Virus record (IMG/VR): IMGVR_UViG_3300045988_169460
Reading direction: 5' to 3' (one strand)
DNA: 64,000 nt
From: a virus
Of the stretch, positions 1 through 5,768 are shown piece by piece. The first letter of the stretch is position 1, and each line of letters opens with the position of its first letter. Position numbers and translations under genes: made by a program. The notes beneath the pieces are model-generated. The model saw only the letters and a program-made list of their open reading frames with translations, was not told where the DNA came from and ran no database searches.

Positions 1-45
1 TGAACGTCCTTATTTCTAAATTTTATTAAATTAGAAGGATAATCA

Positions 46-1062
46 ATGAAAAGAAAAGGAAATTTATGGACTAAAATAATAGACAAAAGCAATTTATATT
101 TGGCTTTTGAGAAAGCTAAAAGACATAAAAGTTGGCAAAGAAAAGTTAAAATTATAGAAGCAAATTTAGATTATTATATTGAAAAGTTACAAAATGATTT
201 GATAACAGGGCAATATAAAACCGCTGAATATAAGTTAAAAACAATTTATGAGCCAAAGAAAAGAGATATTTATATTTTGCCATTTTATCCAGATAGGATA
301 GTTCATCACGCTATTATGAATGTTTTAGAGCCTATATAGGATAATAGATTTATTTATAATAGTTATGCTTGTCGAAAAAATAAAGGACAACATAAAGGTA
401 GTATAAAATGTATGGAATACACTAGAAAATTTAAATATTGTTTGAAATGTGATATAAGTAAGTTTTATCCTTCTATTAATCACAGGCTTCTAAAGAAAGT
501 GATACGTAAAAAAATAAAATGTAAAAAGACTTTAAATTTATTAGATGAGATAATTGATAGCGTTGATACGCCAACAAATGTTCCTATAGGAAATTATTTA
601 AGTCAGTGGTTTGGAAACTTATATTTAAATGAGTTAGATGTTTTTCTAAAGCAAGAGAATTGTGTAAAAAATTATTTAAGATATTGCGATGATTTTTTAT
701 TATTTTCTGATGATAAAACATATTTAAATAAAATGGCTAAAATAATAAATGAATATGTAGTTAATATTTTAGAATTAAAACTTAGCAAATGTGTTTTGTT
801 TCCAACAGCACAAGGAGTTGATTTTTTAGGATATAGACATTTCCATGCTGGTTATGTTTTGGTAAGAAAATCAACAGCTAAAAGAATGAAGCGTAGGATT
901 AAAAGACTAAAATATGAATTATTGAAAAATAAAATAAGTAAAGATAAAGCTTTATCTGTTGTGGCAAGTTTATCTGGATGGTTAAGATGGGTTAATAGTT
1001 ACAATTTAAGAATGTTTTTAGAATTAGAATCATTAAAAAAGGAATTAGGAGGAAACTCTTAG
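46..1062 (+). CDS. DGR-type reverse transcriptase (Brt-like); one in-frame TAG at 337-339 splits it into ORFs 46-339 and 412-1062, which share a frame
   Basis: RT motifs span both ORFs: YEPKKRDI, DRIVHHA, SYACRKNKG, DISKFYPSI, PIGNYLSQWFGNLYL (DGR-type [I/L]GxxxSQ), YLRYCDDFLLF (YxDD), GVDFLGY. 412-46 is divisible by 3. Confidence 0.75.
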
Positions 1063-1341
1063 GTGGACAAGTTTAGTAGTTTTGCAGAAGAAAGATTAGT
1101 TGGAGATAAGGTTAGTGTTTCTGATATTTTAAATAAAGAAATAACAGTTTTATCTTATAAAATAATGAAAAGTAAAATAGAAGATGATAATTATGCTCAA
1201 ATTCAAATTGAAATAAATGGTGAAAAGAAAGTTGTATTTACAAGTTCTAAAGTTTTAAAAGACCAATTAGAAACTTATAAAGACCATATTCCTTTTATTG
1301 CAACAATAATTAAAACAAGAAAATATTTTTCTTTTAGTTAA
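1063..1341 (+). CDS. hypothetical protein
   Basis: GTG start at the base after the RT stop, with GGAGG upstream. No motif recognised. Confidence 0.5.
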   Translation: MDKFSSFAEERLVGDKVSVSDILNKEITVLSYKIMKSKIEDDNYAQIQIEINGEKKVVFTSSKVLKDQLETYKDHIPFIATIIKTRKYFSFS

Positions 1342-1353
1342 GGAGGAAATGTA

Positions 1354-1641
1354 ATGATAGGCTATCCAAAACATTTAAATACAAAAGCAGATTATGAATA
1401 TGTAAGAAACAATTTTCCAAAGGAAATGTGGGAAAAGGATTTTCGTGTTTTATTAGAGACCACACATGATTGGTTTTTTATTAGAGAATTAGAAAAAGGA
1501 GAGGTTCCTGTATTATTAGAAAATCAAAAAATAGAAAAAACGGAAGAAAAAGATTGTTTATTTGAATATAAATATGATGAAAATTGCACATTAAATAGAT
1601 TAGGCTTTACAATAGAAGAAATTGAAGAATATTTAAAATAA
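1354..1641 (+). CDS. hypothetical protein
   Basis: ATG preceded by AAGGAGGAAA. No motif recognised. Confidence 0.5.
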   Translation: MIGYPKHLNTKADYEYVRNNFPKEMWEKDFRVLLETTHDWFFIRELEKGEVPVLLENQKIEKTEEKDCLFEYKYDENCTLNRLGFTIEEIEEYLK

Positions 1642-1644
1642 TAG

Positions 1645-1673
1645 TTGACAATTTTTACATAACATGGTATAAT
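1645..1673 (+). promoter_or_regulatory. sigma-A-type promoter (TTGACA-17-TGgTATAAT)
   Basis: Exact -35 box, 17-nt spacer and extended -10. Followed by two short hairpins and then a second promoter. Confidence 0.6.
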
Positions 1674-1737
1674 ATTTATAGTGTTCAGATAACAGCTATG
1701 ACTGTTAAGTTATTACTTAAAATTTAATAAGTAATGC

Positions 1738-1766
1738 TTGACAGTCTTTTTATTTTATGTTATAAT
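1738..1766 (+). promoter_or_regulatory. sigma-A-type promoter (TTGACA-17-TGtTATAAT)
   Basis: Consensus boxes. It occupies the apparent N-terminus of track ORF 1734-1925. Confidence 0.6.
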
Positions 1767-1787
1767 AGTATTGAGGTGGAGGAAATA

Positions 1788-1985
1788 TTGAAAGGTTTTG
1801 AGAAACGTTTAAGTAAACAAAATTTTATGTTAATTAAAGTAAATGAATATTATTTTATTAGAAAAAGCAGAGCGTTTAATAATAGTTATATGGTATTAGA
1901 TTCAAAAGGGTATTTGATAGATTAGTTACAAGAAAAAATAGTTTGGCAAGTTTTTTTAGGCATAGATTTGGAGGAATGGGAATGA
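1788..1985 (+). CDS. small WE-tail protein interrupted by in-frame TAG (1923-1925)
   Basis: TTG start after GGTGGAGG. After the TAG the same frame continues LQEKIVWQVFLGIDLEEWE then TGA. The stop overlaps the next start (ATGA). Confidence 0.3.
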
Positions 1986-2197
1986 TTAAAAAACCTAATA
2001 ATAATTGTAGATTATGTAAGTGTCTTCATAACTATAGCTATTTTAAAAAAGGTGAATATTATTGGGCTGAATTAGGAGAACGTTTTTTTGCTGGTGCAGT
2101 TATAGTATATTTTGGGGATGAAAGACATGGTATATGCTCTATGGTTTTTCCCGACTTTTTCATTAAATTTCGATGGGAGGAGACACAATGGGAATGA
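1982..2197 (+). CDS. small WE-tail protein (ends TQWE)
   Basis: ATG 7 nt after GGAGG. C-terminus is FFIKFRWEETQWE. The track ORF 1943-2197 is probably over-extended at its 5' end. Confidence 0.5.
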   Translation: MIKKPNNNCRLCKCLHNYSYFKKGEYYWAELGERFFAGAVIVYFGDERHGICSMVFPDFFIKFRWEETQWE

Positions 2198-2394
2198 GGA
2201 TAACAGTAACTCCAAAAAGACAACTTATACATTATAATTTAAATGAACAATATATAGCAGTGTCTGTACTTAGTGTGTATGGAAGCATGGAATATAATAT
2301 TTATAGCAAAAAAGGCAATCTTCTAAATTCTTGGGTATCCTAAGAGGCATTATTTAAGTTTTTTAAAAAGGTGGTGGATAAAGAATGGGAATAA
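2194..2394 (+). pseudogene. small WE-tail gene interrupted by in-frame TAA (2341-2343)
   Basis: MRITVTPK...NSWVS, then TAA, then EALFKFFKKVVDKEWE and TAA in the same frame. A 37-codon remnant ORF (2385-2498) follows. Confidence 0.3.
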
Positions 2395-2481
2395 AATTAG
2401 TAAAGGCAAAAGATAATTCGGCTCATTTTAGTCGTGGAGAATTGTATAAAGTAATAATGGGAATAAAAGGAGGAAATAAAA

Positions 2482-2859
2482 ATGGAACCAATTATTAGTC
2501 CGTGGGTATTTTATTTTATTGATAAGTTAGAGGTAATAGAAATGCTTCCACTATATGTTTTTATTTTGGCAATATTAATAAATGGGGCATTACTTATGAC
2601 TAGTAAAACCGAAGAAGAGTTTGAAAAGGGGTTTTTCCCAAAAGTGTGGATAGCACTTTTCTCATTAGTGTTTATAATTAATTTTATAGTTCCTTCAAAA
2701 GAAACGGCATATAAAATGATTATAGCAAATTATGTAACACCTAACAGTATTTCTATAGTAAAAGAAGCCACAGAAGATAATATTGCTTCTTTATTAGATA
2801 AAATAGCAGTTACTTCACAGGCATTATCAGGAAGGGAGGAAAAAGAAAAATCCAAATGA
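2482..2859 (+). CDS. membrane protein (2 predicted TM segments)
   Basis: AGGAGG before the ATG and hydrophobic segments. Paralogue of the frameshifted gene at 45750-46053. Confidence 0.55.
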   Translation: MEPIISPWVFYFIDKLEVIEMLPLYVFILAILINGALLMTSKTEEEFEKGFFPKVWIALFSLVFIINFIVPSKETAYKMIIANYVTPNSISIVKEATEDNIASLLDKIAVTSQALSGREEKEKSK

Positions 2860-3056
2860 AACAGATAGAAAAAGTAAAGAAATTATATAAACCAAAATTT
2901 GAAATAGTAAGAGCAGAGAAAGTAAAAGATAATTATATATTATTCTTAGATGATAAAAATATTATATTAGAAGAAGATGCTTTTAAATCATTATTTGAGC
3001 TTTATAGTGCTTTAGTTTCTTATTATGATGTAAGAAAGGATGAAACAAATGATTGA
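2856..3056 (+). CDS. hypothetical protein
   Basis: ATGA overlap with the upstream gene. Confidence 0.45.
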   Translation: MKQIEKVKKLYKPKFEIVRAEKVKDNYILFLDDKNIILEEDAFKSLFELYSALVSYYDVRKDETND

Positions 3057-3744
3057 ATTATTCAATGGGAATTGTTTTGAAGTAATCGGGGGGGGGGCAG
3101 TAAAAGATAATAGTATAGATTGTATTATTACAGACCCTCCCTATAATGTTAGCAGAGAAACAAATTTTCATACTTTAAAGGGAGCTTTAAGAAATGGAAT
3201 GGATTTTGGAGAATGGGATAAAGGATTTGACATAACAGGTTATATTAAGTTGTTTCCTAGAATTCTAAAAGAAAATGCAAATGTTGTTATATTTAATGCT
3301 TGGGAAAATTTAGGAGAAATAGCAAAAGTATGTAGAGAATTTAATATAGCTCCTAAAAGATGTTTAGTGTTAAGTAAATCAAATCCCGCTCCATTTAATA
3401 GAGATAGAATGTTTGTTAATGATGTAGAATTTGCAATATGGGGAGTTTACAATTCTAAAAATAAACCTTCTAAATGGACATTTAACAGAGAAAATTTATT
3501 AGAAAAATGTGTGATTCCAACAACAGTGCAGTCTTCTAAATTACATCCAACAATGAAGGATGAGAAAGTAATAAATTATTTGTTGCGAGTTTTAACAAAT
3601 GAAAATGACTCAGTTTTAGATTTATTTATGGGGAGTGGCACTACAGGAGTTGCTTGTCGTAAATTAAAAAGAAATTTTATAGGCATAGAATTAGATACTA
3701 GGTATTTTGAAGTAGCAAAACGTAGAATAGAGGAAATAAAATGA
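3040..3744 (+). CDS. DNA methyltransferase, beta-class N6-adenine/N4-cytosine type
   Basis: Motif IV DCIITDPPYN precedes motif I LDLFMGSGTTGVACRKLKRNFIGIELD. Confidence 0.85.
   Translation: MKQMIELFNGNCFEVIGGGAVKDNSIDCIITDPPYNVSRETNFHTLKGALRNGMDFGEWDKGFDITGYIKLFPRILKENANVVIFNAWENLGEIAKVCREFNIAPKRCLVLSKSNPAPFNRDRMFVNDVEFAIWGVYNSKNKPSKWTFNRENLLEKCVIPTTVQSSKLHPTMKDEKVINYLLRVLTNENDSVLDLFMGSGTTGVACRKLKRNFIGIELDTRYFEVAKRRIEEIK
3088..3097 (+). repeat. G10 homopolymer in codons 17-20 of the methyltransferase
   Basis: atc ggg ggg ggg gca. G9 gives cag taa immediately; G11 gives a stop after 4 codons. Confidence 0.9.
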
Positions 3745-4013
3745 TTATACGCAAAGGTGATTATTTTAAAGTTCATACTTTTTTCAAGTATGATGGTAAT
3801 TCCTTTTTTAAAGGAAATTTATTACGAATAGTAAGTGATTTTTCAGTTGAGGAAGATGGCTTTTGCACAGTTTCTAATAAAGCTTGGCAAGGAACATCAA
3901 TAGGGCATACAAATGCAGGAAATCAATATAGTTTTGGTAAAGGAACACATTGGAATATTCCCATTAATTTTATAGAAGAACAATGTATTCCTGTGAGTCT
4001 TGAATGGGAGTGA
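3741..4013 (+). CDS. WE-tail protein, body family A (ends SLEWE)
   Basis: Paralogous to 4018-4305 and 38245-38508 (shared SNKAW...GH...YSFG...NW). Confidence 0.6.
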   Translation: MIIRKGDYFKVHTFFKYDGNSFFKGNLLRIVSDFSVEEDGFCTVSNKAWQGTSIGHTNAGNQYSFGKGTHWNIPINFIEEQCIPVSLEWE

Positions 4014-4017
4014 AAAC

Positions 4018-4305
4018 GTGAAATATAAGACAGGAGATTTTTTAATAGTTAAATCCCCTTTCAAAAGTGATGGTAATATTTTTCATGGAGAAGATATTCT
4101 TCGTGTGATTACATGTATTGATGATTATGCTGATGCTAATGAGAATGGCTATGTAATATCTAATAAATCTTGGATTTTTAGTCGAGAGGGGCATAGTGTA
4201 TATCGCAATAGTGCATATAGTTTCGGTAGAAATACAAATTGGTTTGTAAGATTTACTGTTTTAGAGGCTCATTGCACTTTATTAAAGAATAGAGAGTGGG
4301 AGTAA
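4018..4305 (+). CDS. WE-tail protein, body family A (ends NREWE)
   Basis: GTG start 7 nt after the GGGAG embedded in the upstream EWE codons. Confidence 0.55.
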   Translation: MKYKTGDFLIVKSPFKSDGNIFHGEDILRVITCIDDYADANENGYVISNKSWIFSREGHSVYRNSAYSFGRNTNWFVRFTVLEAHCTLLKNREWE

Positions 4306-4307
4306 CA

Positions 4308-4412
4308 ATGAGAGCATTTAGAGCACAGCAGTTTTGTAAGGCTTTTAATTTATATAAACAAAGAGGATATAGTATTAGTTATCTTTGGATGTTATTTAGT
4401 AAGAACTTATAG
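4308..4412 (+). CDS. small hypothetical protein (34 aa)
   Basis: ATG 5 nt after the GGGAG-TAA of the upstream gene. Below the track's length cutoff. Confidence 0.3.
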   Translation: MRAFRAQQFCKAFNLYKQRGYSISYLWMLFSKNL

Positions 4413-4435
4413 ATTTTATTAAATGAGGTGTTATT

Positions 4436-4846
4436 TTGAGTGAGTATTTTGAGTTATTTTTAAAGAAAAACAATTTAATGTTTAATCAAAAGTTTCAGGT
4501 TTTGGATTATGATGGAAAATATGCTGTTGGTAATGGGGCAAAATTTTGGATAGCAGATAATAAACTTCATTGTGATAATCCAGAGATGAATACTCGGCTT
4601 ATTATGTTAGAACTATTTGCTGGTAATTGTAGTGTAAAACAACTTCCTTATTATCCCACAAATGGTGATGTATATTTTTATATTTATATGGACGGAAGCA
4701 ATAATCAGGGAGTTGTATCTAAGGGAGTATTTTATGGTAATTTAGTAGACCAGCTTTTGCGAAGTTTAGGAAAATGTTATAGAACTAGAAATGAAGCAGA
4801 AGAGCACTTAAAAGAGGATGTTAATTTTTTATTAAAAGGAAGATGA
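4436..4846 (+). CDS. hypothetical protein; paralogue of 48018-48431 and 57764-58177(-)
   Basis: Shared C-terminal GKCYRTRNEAEEHL motif and overall similarity. TTG start after GAGGTG. Confidence 0.55.
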   Translation: MSEYFELFLKKNNLMFNQKFQVLDYDGKYAVGNGAKFWIADNKLHCDNPEMNTRLIMLELFAGNCSVKQLPYYPTNGDVYFYIYMDGSNNQGVVSKGVFYGNLVDQLLRSLGKCYRTRNEAEEHLKEDVNFLLKGR

Positions 4847-4850
4847 AAAA

Positions 4851-5102
4851 ATGGAAGATAAGCTATTAATTATTTTAGAAAGTTTAGAAAATAAAGGAGA
4901 TATAAATTCTGAAATAGATTTATCTGAAACAGGTTATACTCCAAAAGTTATTAAAGAATTATTACAGTCTTTAGGCTATAAAATGGTTAGTGGTTCTTGG
5001 GATTGTTACGATTTTTCAGAGGAATATGGGAAAGAGGGGGCATCAAATGTGGTGCTATCTTTTAATGCAGAAACTTTTAAATTCACAATAATGGGGGTAT
5101 AA
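4851..5102 (+). CDS. hypothetical protein
   Basis: ORF track; no motif recognised. Confidence 0.45.
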   Translation: MEDKLLIILESLENKGDINSEIDLSETGYTPKVIKELLQSLGYKMVSGSWDCYDFSEEYGKEGASNVVLSFNAETFKFTIMGV

Positions 5103-5104
5103 AA

Positions 5105-5425
5105 ATGACACTAGAAGATATTGCAGTAATGAGTACAAAAGTTCCACAAGAGTTGTTAATTTCTTATATGCAAGATACCTCTTTAATTTATCTTATAGCG
5201 ATTCTTGCTAGCTTCTCTTTATTGATATCTCTTATTATTTTTCTAGGATGGCAAGTATACGATGGAGTAACAGCATTGAATGAGGTGCAGGCAATTAGTG
5301 CCATGATTTTTTTAATAGGTATTTCTCTTTTTACTATTGGAGCTTTTTTTCAGGCTTTTGAAAGTTTTATTTTTTATTTTAATTGCTATTTTAATCCATT
5401 AATTATGATATTACAGGCGGTGTAA
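5105..5425 (+). CDS. membrane protein
   Basis: Two to three long hydrophobic segments. Confidence 0.5.
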   Translation: MTLEDIAVMSTKVPQELLISYMQDTSLIYLIAILASFSLLISLIIFLGWQVYDGVTALNEVQAISAMIFLIGISLFTIGAFFQAFESFIFYFNCYFNPLIMILQAV

Positions 5426-5430
5426 AAATA

Positions 5431-5652
5431 ATGTATAAAGTTTGGGCAGTAATAGATGGGGAAAAATACTGGGTAACAAAATTTATAAATGTTGCAGGGT
5501 TTCTTAAAATTCATTTTACACAAGATGTAACAGATAATGTAGTTATATATCCCAATAAGGATATAGCAAGACGAGCATTAATAGCTACTTTAGACCATAT
5601 ACCAGAAGTTGTAGAAGTGGGAATGTTGGAAATTTCCTATAAAAATAATTAA
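5431..5652 (+). CDS. hypothetical protein
   Basis: ORF track. Confidence 0.45.
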   Translation: MYKVWAVIDGEKYWVTKFINVAGFLKIHFTQDVTDNVVIYPNKDIARRALIATLDHIPEVVEVGMLEISYKNN

Positions 5653-5660
5653 AAAAAAGG

Positions 5661-5689
5661 TTGACAAAAATCCAAAAGTATGCTATAAT
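5661..5689 (+). promoter_or_regulatory. sigma-A-type promoter (TTGACA-17-TGcTATAAT) upstream of the tail fibre
   Basis: Consensus boxes with an A-rich upstream tract. Confidence 0.65.
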
Positions 5690-5719
5690 AGGTATATAAT
5701 TAAAGAGTAAGGAAAATGG

Positions 5720-5745
5720 GGAAGCTCTAAGTGGGCTTCCTTTTT
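5720..5745 (+). terminator. intrinsic-terminator-like hairpin inside the tail-fibre leader
   Basis: GGAAGCT-ctaagtg-GGCTTCC followed by TTTTT. It lies downstream of the predicted transcription start and upstream of the ATG at 5769. Confidence 0.5.
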
Positions 5746-5768
5746 AGCATATTGAATGGAGGTTTATA

